Positions 1 through 15,000 of a stretch of DNA of 64,000 nucleotides are shown in pieces. A program made the translations under genes and the position numbers. How positions within the stretch are numbered: position 1 is the first letter of the stretch; every line of letters starts with the position of its first letter. This DNA is from Botryllus schlosseri. Taxonomy: Eukaryota. The stretch covers positions 18,166,001-18,230,000 of the forward strand of contig CM119376.1 of NCBI GenBank assembly GCA_051294905.1, in the 5' to 3' direction. The notes beneath the pieces were generated by a model. It saw only the letters and a list, made by a program, of their open reading frames with translations. It was not told the DNA's origin and made no database searches.

Positions 1-3000
1 CACACTCTCTGGACCTGGTGTATTGTCCGCCACCGCAAGAGCGGGAGCACGAAGACCACTGTCTCCACTGACTCCAGAAAGCACAGTCCTAGAAATAACG
101 GCAGGATTGATGAACTGCGTCAACAAGGTATGTACTGCCATTTCCGTGTAACCAAAACATCAAATCCAAAATAAAATTCCAATCCAAAATGTGGATTGAT
201 CAACTCGTAACACTGGGCATTGTCATCTGACTACTCAAATGCAGACCAAGCACATATTTTGATGAATCGAGTCGAGTAGAGAAATCCAACGTTTTCGAGT
301 ATCAAAACTATACGTCCTTATTATTATATGAACGAAAATTGTTGTTGCAAAACTTTCTTGCACCTACGAGAGCCTTAAAACCTGAATATGAGGTAGCATA
401 TCCTTTAATGCATACAAAAGGCATGGCCTACTGCCCATGTTCCTTGCAACAGCATTTCTGCACAGTATTTCCTGACCTGCATTATTGTCTGAAATCGAGT
501 TCGTATAATATAATCAGAAAATTTGCATTATTTAATCTGTGGTAGGCATTTGGGCATTTCAAGATCCACTCACTGTCATGACGTCATAATGAATCAACCT
601 AGAGCTTCATACTAGTCTCGTAACAGAATCATTCAGAGTTGCACAGCCTCACACACCAGTACTTTATAACAGCTACTTACACCGACAACGCAAACATCTT
701 CTTCCATCTCCGATCCACTACAGCCGGGAGACCCAGGCTGACCGTTAGAGCATACCCTCGTACGCTCGCGGGTTCCCTGACCGCATTCGGCGCTGCAAAC
801 ACTCCAAATCGACCATTCGGTCCACGACACGCACGGCTGAACGCAGAGACAAAACAATGAACGACAAAGCGTTTCGGGATCATCCATCACGACTCACATT
901 GCTCGAACAGCTTCCGATGTCTCTGGCCAGACCCTCGCAGCCTTCCTCGCCTGCGTAGCCACCCTGGCAGAATCTCTCTCTCAGGCGAATGCCTCCGCCA
1001 CAAGACAGGCTGCACCGTCCCCAGTCGCTCCACTGTGTCCACGACGGACACGCCTGCATTCCCGGGTAATTGGACATATTAGAATGCGCGTAAGTAATTT
1101 TTTAAGTTCACCTAGTGTTGGTCGGTAACAAAATACTTCTACTTTAGAGTTCCTTTCCACTCCTTCAGAGTTTCTTCTACTCGTTCAGGGTTATTTTCAG
1201 AGTATTTTAGACCACTCAGGTTGGATTTGTGCACTTGCACAACCTATTCCAGTGGTTATAATATTAGACTACTTGCAAATCTATTTCCCAATTTTCGTTT
1301 TTTTTAGACAAGTTACGCCTAGAATACTTACTTTTTAGCATGTTTACTCGAAGAGATAAAAGAGAGGTCCTAGGCCTATATTTCAAGTATCGGTCCTGAT
1401 ACATGAGAGTCGAATAAAGTCATATAGAATGTCTCAAATCATATGCCCTGGTCAAGTTAAGTGCAATGACTCGAGTACAGGTCGAGTCAACGCACAAATT
1501 GGCTCAAATCGAGTCGAGACTCGGGTCATTACAACCCTGGTACCAACTGTGACAACTTTGACCACCGCTGAACACATACCTGAATGTTACAACGTCTGGA
1601 CAAAACGCCTTCTCCCGTACATGTGGCCCGTCCCCCTTCCGGCGTGATGCACCGTCTTGTTTTCTGTTGAAGTCCACCGCCGCAACGTACCGAGCAGTCT
1701 TCGTACGGTCCCCACGAGGACCAGTAAGAGCAGGCCTAATCATTGGTAGCAAAATGTTAAACAGAAATCTGTATGGCAGATGCTCGATGGATTCCTACCA
1801 AACTATTACAAAATTCGTCCTCCCTAGTATCGCCCTCGCATCCGGACACGCCAGGCACTCCAGCAAGACACGTACGCTGTCGGCTTCGAAGACCGCCACC
1901 GCATGATACGGTGCAGTCGGACCATGCTGACCAGAAGTCCCATCCTGGACACGGCTGAAAAGTAGTAAAGTCGCAAGTCCATTAGTTATTGGAACAGTAA
2001 TGAATCTTTTATTGGTAAAACATGTAAATCAACAGCATACATAACAAAAAAGCAGTCAAGTAGATGGTTGGCTAGATATAACATTATCATGAAATACAAG
2101 TCACCCATCTCACTAACACAGTGGTTTGAATCTGTGGGTTTTAGTGCTTTTACTGAATATCGCGAACGTGCTGTCCCTTTTTTGAGTAATCAGCTTTCCA
2201 AACAGGCTGTGAGGTGGTGGAGTAGGTCGTTACCATTGTATTAGTAATCAGATTGAAGGGCGGGTCTATATTTTATAATCAGCTTACCATATTCAGAGAA
2301 ACCGCTGCCCTAACAGAAGTCGTTACACTCAAAACTAATAACTGAAGAAACAAATTCACCAACAAAGGATGAACTAACGACAACACAAAAAATACAAATG
2401 TAAAATAGCAACTTACAACAGAATTGCATAGCTGCGTCCGCACGCTTTCTCCTTCACAGCCAGTCAGACCGGTTCCTATACAGATTCGCGTCGATTCGCT
2501 TACACCACCGCCGCAAGTCTGACTGCATGGAAGCCAAGGTCCCCATTCGTCGTAATATGAGCAGAACTGAGATCACAAAAGGGATAACCTCGAGTCGTTA
2601 CGTAAATAACAAATAGACCTTACCCCTCGCACGCATGATTCGACTTGCTCCGAGTCACCTTCACATGTCAAGCCACGTCGACGACCCTGGCATATGCGAT
2701 CTCTACTTCTGGTGCCTCTGCCGCACGAGACACTGCACGCTGACCAGTTCGACCAATCATCATATTCCGGACATGCCTACAGAAGAGTTCACACAAACGG
2801 TCAGGAGTGCACTACGAATTTACGCCATGGCACAGCGCCTTTGAATGAGTTTATTGTCTAACTAAACTAACAGACTTTTGACAATGGCTGCAGTTCATAT
2901 GCAAATGTGTTTGTGCCTTGCTACTTCTTCCCGGCAAACAGATATAATCAGAGTTGGTCAGTAACAAAGTACTGCTTCTTTTTCAGAGTACTCGCGTCAA

Positions 3001-6000
3001 GGATTACCTTACTTGCGCCCCTTCTACTTCACTTCACTTCTACGTGAACATTTTTACGTAAAACTGAGTACTTTTTACACTTTGGATTTTGAAAAGTAGA
3101 AAGCAGTTCTATCAGTGAAGTTATCATGAAAACTGTGTGAAATATCCCCAGTATCACAGTTACTGAAAGTCTTTTCGGATATTCCACCTACCTGTAGTGT
3201 GAGTATTTTGAATTTGCGAAGAAGTATCTTGCAATTTCTAATGTTGCCAGTAAATGCTAAAAGTACACCACCGAATTTACTTTATGAAACTAGTTAGTTC
3301 AGTTCTTTTCCGACCTTTTATTTCAGACTTCCAGTGGAAGTAGTAATAATGGAAACCGCTCCTAATTGTAATCGAGTAGCAACACTGACTATTTTGACCA
3401 CATCTGGATGTAATTTGGTCAGGTGATATGGGTAATAGAGATATGCCAAGATTTTTTCGTTTCAAATTCAATCGTAAACCTTTCACTGATATGTAAACGA
3501 AGTGGATTGAGCAAGTAAAACAGTAACAGCGTGCATAGCTCACACTGATATCGTGGCTCAAGCATAGTAGATTTTCTTAACATCCAAACAGCAAATCTTA
3601 CGGCTGTATTACAACGTTGCTCCTGTCTCGACATGCCTTGACAACCGGCAGAACCTTGCTGACCGCCCTGACAGGTGCGTCTACGCGACTGGAACCCGGA
3701 CCCGCAATCTTGACTGCAGTCCGTCCAATCGCTCCACTCATCCCACGATGCGCATCTCTGTTCGGAAACAATGCTCACATCAACATTGACCATAGTCAGT
3801 TAGCGTACAGATGCCAGAACCTGTGTATTGCAGACTTGGCTGTCTTCGTCGGCACCTTCGCATGTGAGGCCTCTGTCGCGAATTTCGTTCAAACACTCGC
3901 GGTTTCTTGTCTGTATTCCCGCTCCGCAAGACACGGAACAAGCGCCGTACGATGACCATTCCGAGTAGTAGGGGCAAGCCTGACAGTACAAATAATTGGC
4001 ATTGATTTTAATGCATGACTCGTCTGCACTCGACAGGTTTTGATTTTTACACTACATTCACTTCTACATAACATTTTTTGTAGACAAATTGCATTCTTTA
4101 TACACTGTGTATTTTAACAGCTTCTTGGAGGTACAAAACTTCAATATACAATTGAATGGTATATTCATATTGAAATGAACCCGAATATTTTCGGCTGACA
4201 CTCGTCAGGGGTAATCGTCAGCAACTAGCAGAGAATTTGTGTTACGATTGTTGATATACGCTGTTCTTTTGAATTCTCTACTAGTTGCTGACGATTACCC
4301 CTGACGAGTGTCAGCCGAAAATATTCGGGTTCATTTCAATATGAATATACTATTTAACTTTGTGTTTTGGACGTAAAATGTAGTATTAATAGATGTTTGT
4401 TACACTTTTATGAGTGAAACTGTCATAACTAACAACTGTATCAAGGTAACGGAGAATATTCTCGAAAATTGCACCTATTTGCAGAGTTATTTGTTGCTAT
4501 GTGTTAGTCGCAAATATGCACCAGCTATGATTACCAGCATGCGACCCTTTGACCAAACCTACTTTTTCGAAACTACTTGAACAAGTACCTTTCGGATATT
4601 CATTCCCTACTGCCACTTGAAGCAGTTGTTGAAAATCGCTACTTCTGGTTATAATTCACTAGAAATGTACATCACTACTTTACTTCTATCTGAGAACCAA
4701 CGCTGACCACTTCAACCAAATCTGTCTGCATCTTGAGTCTCACAATGATTTGGCATCTGCCACAGGTAAATTTTATTTTTCAAATCATCAAGAATCATAT
4801 TGCATTCATTTTATCCAATTTTAAAGGACAGGGAATTATTTCAGTCACTTTCCGTTTAGGTTGGCCCACTCTTTTAGCCCGTGTTGATTTAGTTCTAATA
4901 ATTCAGCCCCGGGCAGAAAAATGGATGCTTTGTACTGTTAACCGTTATCACTTACATGTCCATTGCAAAATTCTTCTTCCAACGTTGGTCCCTGACACCC
5001 GATGTCACCTTCCTCGCCATCGACGCAAATCCTCGAATGAGATCGACTGCCACCACCGCACGGTACGCTACACTGGGCCCAGTTGGTCCAATCCGACCAA
5101 AACGGACAGTTCTACCAAACCATTTTGATTATTATCATACTATACATGTTATGAAAGAAGCATAATTTACCCCAAGATCGCATGAGTCAATATCTTCCAC
5201 TCGTCCGATACAGCCGACGTCACCGCGCACGCCGTTGACGCAATATCTTGAACGTCTGCGTGTTGCAGTACCACATGTGGCACTGCAATCTGTCCAATTT
5301 CCCCATTGAGAGAAGAAGGCACAGTCCTGTTGAAAAGGAAAAACAACGATATTACCTCACACAGCACAGAGGTCATTTACAAGAGAGATAGTGTATTTCA
5401 TCAACAATGAAATACAAAACGAAATGTTAATAACCATGCAAGTCATGATGTCAAACAGATATTACATGATATTGACAGGGGTACCAAAATAACTGTCTTT
5501 AAACCTGTACCTACTTGATGTAACAACCAAATTCTACCTTCAGTCAAGTAGGAAAATATAACGAGCAAAGAAGTGAGCACAAAAGCAACTAGATATCAGA
5601 AAGAAACGCTAGAATCAGGTAAAATGACTTCCTATGTTGACAGTGTGAGCTTGATACAGTAACAATTTGAGTAAAGCAGTCTAAAGCGACCATTTTCCAG
5701 GAGACATACCCCTTCCACGCAATCAGTTTGTTCTTCCGCAGGGCCGTAGCATCCGTCCTGTCCGAAGATACCGCCGACACACCGTCTGCTCTTAGATCGG
5801 CTACCCAATCCACACGTCACAGAGCAAGCAGACCAGCTGGTCCAATCTTCCAGGAAGGGACAAGCCTAAACATTCAACGGTAAAGCATGTAGTGCTACTG
5901 TGGACAAGTGGACATTTCGTGTTTTTCGTGTTCGATAGTTTGGGAGCTTTAATTGCATATGCTAGATGACATACTTCTGCATGGGTCGCGTATAAGGCGA

Positions 6001-9000
6001 TCCAACGGATGGCCCACACTATATTTATCGATCTTGTTCAATCTACTACGATATTGTGTCAATTCTGAGCATAAGTGAAGAAACCAATCTGCTACTTCAA
6101 TGATATATACTTATGCTACTACATAAAATCCAGTCTACATACACAGGGAAACTTATCAGACTTTGCGGCACTAGGAGTTATAAGGAAGATAGATATAAAA
6201 GGAAAATTCTACTTGTGCATTGCATTCCTGGACTTCGTCATCATCACCGATACATCCGGGCATGCCATTTACTCCGTTGATGCATTGTCTCGTTCTACGT
6301 ACAACACCACCGTTGCAAGACACGCTGCAGTCGGACCATGCGGTCCAGAATCCCCACTCTGGGCACACCTGCAGAACGCACAGATTTCCATACAAAACTG
6401 GTCCGACAAAGCTAGATCCAATTGAAAATACCTCTAGGTTGCACACTTCGTCTTCAGTGTCACTTCCGAAGCAGCCTGGCACGCCTGGTTCTCCATTGAC
6501 ACACAAGCGGCCTTTCATTCTGGACCCACCTCCGCACGTAACGGAACACGGGCCGTACTGACTCCATTCCGACCAGTAAGGACATCCCTGTGTAGAAACG
6601 CGAGTGCTTACGAAAATATCACGAACTTTTAGATTTCACTCGCAAGTCGCATACATAAAGAGATGCTTCCATATGCTACATGGCAGTACACGTAATAAAA
6701 TGAAAGAAAATCCTATTTTCGGAATTTCAACTGAATCCTCAATTCAATATTCTAATTTGTCAAGTAAGATTATTAAAAAGGGTATTTTTCAACATCTCGT
6801 GGTAGAAAAGCTAAATTCGTTGGCAAATCAACACTGAGATCTGCAAGTTGTGCTTTTCTTTAGTAAAATTGAAGCAGGAGATTGATATATAATCTCTCTC
6901 AGGTCCGATACATGAAGGGATACCTCGAATCCCTTCATGGCAAAGCATGTAATGAAATAAAAGAAAATCGAATTTTCGGCATTTCAACCTCGACTCATTA
7001 CTTCATTTTGTCAAGCACCATTTTTAAAAAAGGGTATTTTTCAACATATTGTGGTCGAAGAACAACTATTGTTGGCAAATCAACATTCAAATCAATGAAT
7101 GGTGTGTTTACCTTGGTAAAATTGCAACAAAAGATCGATATTATTGTAGGTAGTAGTCACATAGAATCTTAAAAGAACTCTTACGTCTCCGTTACAAAAT
7201 CTTTCTTCTTCCGTAGAGCCTTCGCAACCAATTTCTCCGCCTTCGCCATTCACACAAACCCTGTTTCTGAATTGCAGGCCGCCGTTGCACGTAACGCTGC
7301 ATTGCGTGAAATCGCTCCAGTTCGACCAGAACGGACAATCCTGTTGACGGAGAGTTTCTTCATCATTGCAAATAATTCAAACATTAAATTCAACTACTAT
7401 ATGACACAAAGATTGATTGGATGCAGTGCACAAAAGAAAGTTTGTGTGAGAATTTGTTGTTATATATGATAAAATTTAAAGAATTTCCAAGTTAAAACAG
7501 CAGCAAAGTGATCTGGTGGTCATCATCTAGCATACTGCAGCTGATAGGGATAGCAAATTACAAAATTTGTGCCTACTTCTGACAAACTCACCGATTCTCC
7601 ACACGACGTGATTTGAGTGGCGCTGCCTTGGCAACCAACATCACCAGCGTCACCGTTAATACATTCTCTCTTTCTCTGCCTCGTACCACCACCACAAGTG
7701 ACATCACACTGGCTGTAGGACGTCCAAGTGGTCCAGTATGCGCAGTTCTGGTAACACATCAAGAAAATTGTCAATCATTTCCACGCGAAAGCATGACGTC
7801 ACAAATATTACCCCTTCCACGCATTCCCTCTCGTCCGTGCCACTGCCCTGGCAGCCAGAATCGCCGGGGGAACCTCCGAAGCAGGTACGAGTTCTACTGC
7901 GGACACCGAGTCCGCAAGTAGCGCTACACCCGCTCCAAAGAGCCCAAGGAGCCCATGACTCGCAAGGCTGAAAAAATTGACAATGATTGTTTACACTAGT
8001 GGTTCTCAAATCACACTTCGGTCTCCTAAACAATTATTATATGTCTCATATTCCCAGTTTGGTCTTGCACTTCCGTAATTGTTGTGCTTAAAACATACTT
8101 GTTGGGGGCTTGGCCTTCTAGACCCCATTCTTCTACACGGGATTATATCACTACCCTTTATACACGAGTCGTATCTGTTTATGTCTATGTTCTTGCTACG
8201 CACCAATATCTCAATTACTAATATTATAAGAGATCAGTGTGTATTTATTTGCTAGTCGCCATTTTAAAGTTAATGAATGGATTTGGTCAATAATATTGGT
8301 TCTTGCATATATTTCGAACTTTTGGTTAGATGGCAGGTGTCGTAAGCTTTATTAAAACACACAACGCTCTCGCAAGGCTACATGTGAAATAGCCTATATA
8401 AAATTGGATTCGGAAATATGGTGTGTTGTAAGTGCTTCACGGTCCCAAAAATATGTTTTAGTACGAGAACCACTGGTCCACAAGGAGGCAACAATTTTCT
8501 AAATCTTACAGCGCTGTTACAGTTGGCTTCCTCGCTCAACGGTGCGTCGCAGAAACCGCCAGCACCTTCCGGGACCTGGCAGGTCCTGTACCGCCTCAAC
8601 ACTCCACCACCGCAAGTAACACTGCATTGGGTCCATTGCGCCCACTCGTCCAGTACCGGGCATCTCTACGAATGCAAGTCAGTAGGATTGTATTAAGCGG
8701 TGAAATCGTGCGAAAACACAACTTCTTACCTGAGTATTACATTCTTCGTCCATTATTCTTTCGCCATCACAATCGTCCGAATTTCTTTCATTGACGCACA
8801 ATCTACTGCGGGTTCTGGTGCCGCCGCCGCACGATTCGGTACATGCGCCCCAGCTCGACCATTGGGTGAAGAACGGGCACGGCTACAAAGGACAACGCAA
8901 CAATCCATTATGGCAGTTACGACTGATACGAATATTAATTTACAAAGTCTTTTTTCAATCTCTAACTGCTGCTAACAATTACTCCTGTCTCAGCCGAATT

Positions 9001-12000
9001 ATTCGGGTTTATTTCAGTATGAAGGTAGACTATTATTCAATTGGATTTATGCCATCCGTTCACCTCGATTATTCAAATATTCTTATGCCTGTGACATCAT
9101 ATTTGTTCAATGTTCATACAACTGTTGATAGACAAAGTTCTTTTGTAATCTATACAACTTCCTGACGATTACCTCTATCGATTTTCAGCCGAAAATATTT
9201 GTCTTGATTTCGATATCTATATATTATCCAATTGCAGATTATGGCAGTGTTTCTAAGCCGGGTGCCGCAAGATAATGAGGTAAGGAGGGACTTATAACAA
9301 AAATGGACATCTGAATTCAATGGCATTCAGGAAGCTGATGATTGAAAACAACGGTAATCAATAATCCAACTCTCCAATTGGCAACGAGGCGTCAGCACGT
9401 AGGGTGCTACAATCATTAGCGTGCTAGGTGATGACTCTTTTTTCATTTTTAGTCATCAGCTTTCCATTAATATCTCAAATCTCGCACTCAGGGTACTATA
9501 AGTGCTAGGGTGGCGCTGACTACTTATCCCTTTCAGAAGGTATGCGGGGTCAAAAAAGTGGAGAACAACAGGACTGCAGTGCGAAAGCAAATAAATCACA
9601 AGCCTTACGTCATGTCCGCAGCTGCTCTGCTCTGACTGTGGCCCCTGACAACCGAAATCGCCGGGGTTGCCGTTCACGCAAACTCTTGAGTGGCGTCGCA
9701 AGCCACCGCCGCACGAGGCTGTGCAGCTTGTCCAGCTGGTCCACACTCCCCAGAACGGACACTCCTGCGACAAAAAGTATCAATGATACAATCATGCATA
9801 ACGGAGCGTGGCTCAATCAGACTTGGATGAACTACTGGCTCTTCAAAACTCGCAACTAGAACAAGAACTACAACAAACAACCTATACCAATCCCCAACTA
9901 ACTAACTAAAACAAAACTATATCCAATTCCGAAGCAACTCATTCATTGTAATCTTATCAGAATAGGCTCTTCACATGAACATCGGTACTAGTTTAAAATA
10001 GTAGGAGTTTCAACCTTCAAAACCCACCCCTGGCTATGCTACTGTTGGTAGTGATGAATCTGAGCTAGCAATGGCTGCAAGAACATCACACAGCAGAACG
10101 CTGGGATCACGATACACCGCAAACGACGACACAAATTTTCTAGTTGATCGGCAACGAATTTTTTTTTGTACTAGAACTAGAACTACACACTTTTGAAAAT
10201 CTGCAACCAGAACTAGTGCTGGAAATACAACTACAACTACTCAAAAAACCAGTAGTCAATTGACCGTCAATTAAATAGATTGGGTTGCACAAGATCGCAC
10301 ATCGCAGCGCACAAACTTAATTCAATTCAATCATCATACCTCTACGTCGCAATCGTCGCTTTCTGCATCGTTTCCAACGCACCCCTCGTCTCCAGCAATA
10401 CCGTTAACGCATATCTTGCTGCGTGTCCGTTGCGTTAGAGACCCGCACGGTCCTTCGCAAAGCGTCCAGGACGTCCAGTCGCCCCAGTAGGGACACTCGC
10501 CATTGATGCAAGACACCGATTCAAAGTCCCGGCCGAAACATCCTTCCGCCAGTTCTCCGCCGCTGTTGAGACACGTACGTCCGCGCGACCGCACACCTCT
10601 GCCGCAAGTGACCGAGCAGAAGGTCCAGTCGGTCCATTCCGCGTATCTCGGACATTCCTGGAAGTAATCGGTGAGACGTCAACCAAACGTCACAACGAAA
10701 GTAGATGCACCTCGTACCGTGACGGAACAAAATTCTTCCTCTCTTCGGATTCCGTCACATCCGTCTTTTCCAGGTACTCCACCAATGCAAGTACGCACCC
10801 TGGAGATAAGTCCTCTGCCGCAAGAAGCGCTGCATTGAGACCATTCGCCCCATTGTTGCCATCTCGGGCATGGCTGTGAATAAGATTATGTTATGATCCC
10901 GAATTTAAAGGGGCACGCTCTAAATATGATACGGTCTCAAATTGAAGTTTGAGGTGTGAGAATATTGTGAGCCGCAGCCATATTCATTAGAAAGGCACTG
11001 TATTCGAACCGCAGCTAAAAGTTTTAATGAATGTTCTTATTACACATTAACTATCGCTGTGTTATTGAGATCACACGTCAAGGCTTCATAACCCTTTGCG
11101 ATATCTATGGCACGCATTCCTTCGGAGTGTCACTTTCTCGGCACAACCTCCGTCTCATAGTCACACTTTTTTAGGAACTACGTTGAAAATATGCATAAAG
11201 CATTACCCATAATGCTTATACGGGATGCAACATCAAAGACTCTCATTACAGATCTATACCACAGAGATTCACGAAGACTAACAGGACTGCAAAATTTCTG
11301 CTACTAAAATCTATTTCACAGTTCCAACTTTTATTTTATACCACGTCATATAGTGTGCTGCGTCTATTAGCGTCAGAAGACCAAGTCTACATACTTGCGA
11401 ACTGCATGGTAGCGCTTCCGTGTCCGATCCGTCACATCCGAATCCGCCTGCTTCGCCGTTTATGCAATTCCTAACACGAGAACGTACTCCGCCACCACAA
11501 GTCTGGGAGCATTCTCGCCAGCTGCCCCACGTCGACCAGTATGGACACGGCTGTAATCAAAGAATTTCATCAGTGACAATCAAAGCGTACCTAGCCGAAT
11601 GACTTACGTCGCCGTTGCAGTAAATCTCCTCGATAGCAGGTCCAGCGCAGCCCTTCATACCGACTACACCGTTGTTGCAAGTACGCTCGTGTGTTTGCGT
11701 ACCGCCACCGCACAGCACCGTGCATTCCGTGAAGGAAGACCATTGCGACCACGTCGGGCAAGCCTGTTTTTAAATTTGAAAATGTAGGTTGGGCGAACAG
11801 AGCTCATTAAAATACACGTTCCTATCTTTTCATTGTATCACCATCTTGCGGTGTTTTGAAATAATAGATATACATATCGGAATCAGATATGAGTATTAGG
11901 CTTCAAGTCGAGTATTCGTAACACTTATACTCGAGCATCACTCAAATAGTTTTGCCTACTTGACTAATTACTTGAGTGTAAATGATTTCAGACCACTTCT

Positions 12001-15000
12001 ATTACATAACCTAGAAAATATTGCCACTTTCACAACGCATTGACTATAATTTAGTAGTTCTAAGACTGTACTTACAAAATAGAATTTGATCGCAATTTCA
12101 CGATTGTCATTTCCACTAATGAGAATGGATTCCTACTACATATTTTTGATGTTGCGATACGATCAATTGAGGATTCAAGGCTTCCAGAATGGGGAAAAAT
12201 ATCTAATCGATAAATATCAATAACAAGATACTTCTTACTGGAAAGATGTGCATAATTTTAGTATAAAATCGTCTCTCTCGACTCGAATCGACACCAATCA
12301 TCACAATGAATACTCGATTTGTGTTCGAGTACTAATTCATTGTGGCCAGTCATAGTAACGTTGCGGTGCGTTTAAATTACCTTATTAATATTGCACTCGT
12401 CGACTTCGAAAGTATCTCCTTCTTCGCACCCGAATTCGCCGACCACTCCATTAACGCAATACCGGAATCGGCGCCTGCTACCTCCATCGCAAGACATGGA
12501 GCAAACGCCCCAGCTTCCCCATTCCGACCAGGACGGGCAAGCCTGCAAATATTTTGATTCGAGAATCGCTCACGTGTCCGGGTAGGTAAAATCATTACCT
12601 CTTGACCGCAGGATTGCGCTTGACGCGTCAAACCTCGACAACCGATATCGCCAGGGGCGCCATTAACACAAATCCTTGTCCTAAATGTCGTGCCGCCATC
12701 ACACAGAGCAGTACACTGGCTGAATTCGGTCCAAGCGTCCCAGTACGGGCATGACTTGAATGGAATGTGTTTTATATGGAATATTTACACACAAAATCGC
12801 AAAATACTTACCATGATGTTACATTCCCGATCTTGTCGGTAGTTACCGTCGCAGCCTTCATCGCCTTGGATACCGTTGAGACATGATCTCACTCGTCGCG
12901 CCCGGCCGCCTCCGCAAGTGCGAGAGCACTCCGACCACTCTTCCCATTCTGTCCAGTTTGGACACGGCTGAAATTTTTCAAACATTGTAATTTACACATA
13001 GCCTCTTACACACATTGTCTTGTATACAGATTCTGCATATTTTACATGCACTACAAACATTTACACACACACACAAATACAGACACGAACCTGTTGATTG
13101 CAGAGCTGTTCTTCCTCATTCGGACCATCACAGTCATCTTCTCCCCCGTTCAAGCAAGTGCGTCTGTGCGAGCGAGACCCGCCCCCACACGTTCTGGAAC
13201 ATGGTCCCCATTCGCCCCACACTGAATAGTACGGGCATGCTTGCGCGTTACAGAATCCCATCTGGATTCGTGACCCGCTACATCCTCTGTGGCCAATTTC
13301 TCCGTTCAGGCACGTCCTCAAACGCTGATAGACTCCGCCACCGCAAGATTCAGAGCATTGGGACCAGTCGCCCCACACCGCCCATTGCGGGCATGCCTTT
13401 GATAAAAATCATTGGTTATTTCGAATGCGATATTGTGAAAAGGGGGAAAATTACGTTCGAGTTGCAGGGCAAAGTTTCCTCTGTTTCTCCCCGGCATTCT
13501 GGGTCGTTGTTGTCGCCATTGATGCATAATCGAGTCCTGGTCGTGACACCGCCACCACATTCCTTCGAGCATTGAGACCATTGCGCCCACTCAGACAAAT
13601 GTGGGCATATCTACGCATAATATTCTCAATTAGACGACTGTTGGTAGTAAAATTGAATGTTACTTTCAAGACTAAATCCATTGCAGCATAATAACTCAAA
13701 GACTTTTCGTATGTCCCTTGTTAAAAGATAACGCCACGATGACAATGATATCAACATAGTTTCAAATGATAACCTATTTGGCAAAGTATGACATGAAAAA
13801 GAAGGCATGATGAAGTCAGCTGTACCGGTAACTATGCTGTAGTCATAACAGAGAAATATACAATACACAGAGAGACGTTTAACAAACATATAGCAATATA
13901 TATCAATGAAAAATTCTTCGAGAATTATGTTGCAATGAATGTAGTCTTTAGAGCAGTATGCTGAATTTGAAAGGACACATTACTAGAAAAGAAATTTCAT
14001 TACCGATCCAAAACACAAGTTTTCCTCCTCGTCGGACCCTTCGCAGCCCCGATCGCCCGGTCTTCCACCGTTACAGGTACGGAAATGGGTGCGTATACCA
14101 TATCCACAAGTCACAGAACACCTAGACCAGTCTCCCCATTCCGACCATTGGGCACATGTCTAAAAATACCCAATATTATCGAAAAGAGCTTGTAGGGTGT
14201 CATGGATCCTATTACATTTCCTCTGCAGCGCCTCCTGTCCTGGGGCAGTCCGAAACAGCCGTAAAAGCCGGCTTCTCCGCCGATGCAAAGTCTCTCCCTA
14301 GTTTGAAGTCCGAATCCGCATTGCCTGCTGCATAATCCCCATTCGAACCATTGCGACCATTGTGGACAGTCCTGTAAGTCAATGCGCTTACTACCCCGCC
14401 TTTCACGAAAAGCTTGACCCACTCACTTCGGGATTACATTCTCTCTCCGCTACAGCCCCAGCGCCGCGACAACCTGGGTCGCCTGGCTCTCCGTTTATGC
14501 ATAGTCTTGTTCTATTTGTTACGCCACCGCCGCATGGGGAACTGCATTGGGCCCATTGCGACCAAGTTGACCAGAACGCACACGCCTATAACAACACGGT
14601 AGTAGTGTAAGGCATTCAAATATTCTGCCAGTTTAATTTGTTCACACAAAATTTGGAACGAAAGAGATGACACTAAATTGTGAAATAGAACAGATAGTAG
14701 CCTGGAACGATGGAAAATCCAGTACGAGTGATTCGATAACGAATCGGGTATTAAGTGTCGAGACGAGTATTCAAGTAATGATGATGTTATCTGTCAAGTT
14801 CAACCATGTGCGTTACGTACAGTTACATTACATTGAAGGTAATTTGCTAAGCTTCAACCATATCTATTTCATAGTGCTTTTATGAAAATGCCGCAGGTAA
14901 ATCATTATTTCACAGAACTATCGCTTCAGCCATGGTGCGCAGCCTTATGTTACATGATTGGATGCAGGGATGGTTTCAAGGCTTCCACGGCAAGAGGAAA

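Noticed and set aside
5219-5227. RGD integrin motif in one TSR loop (NGVRGDVGC)
   Set aside because: The loop consensus is already xGDxGC, so one RGD among 77 repeats is expected by chance.
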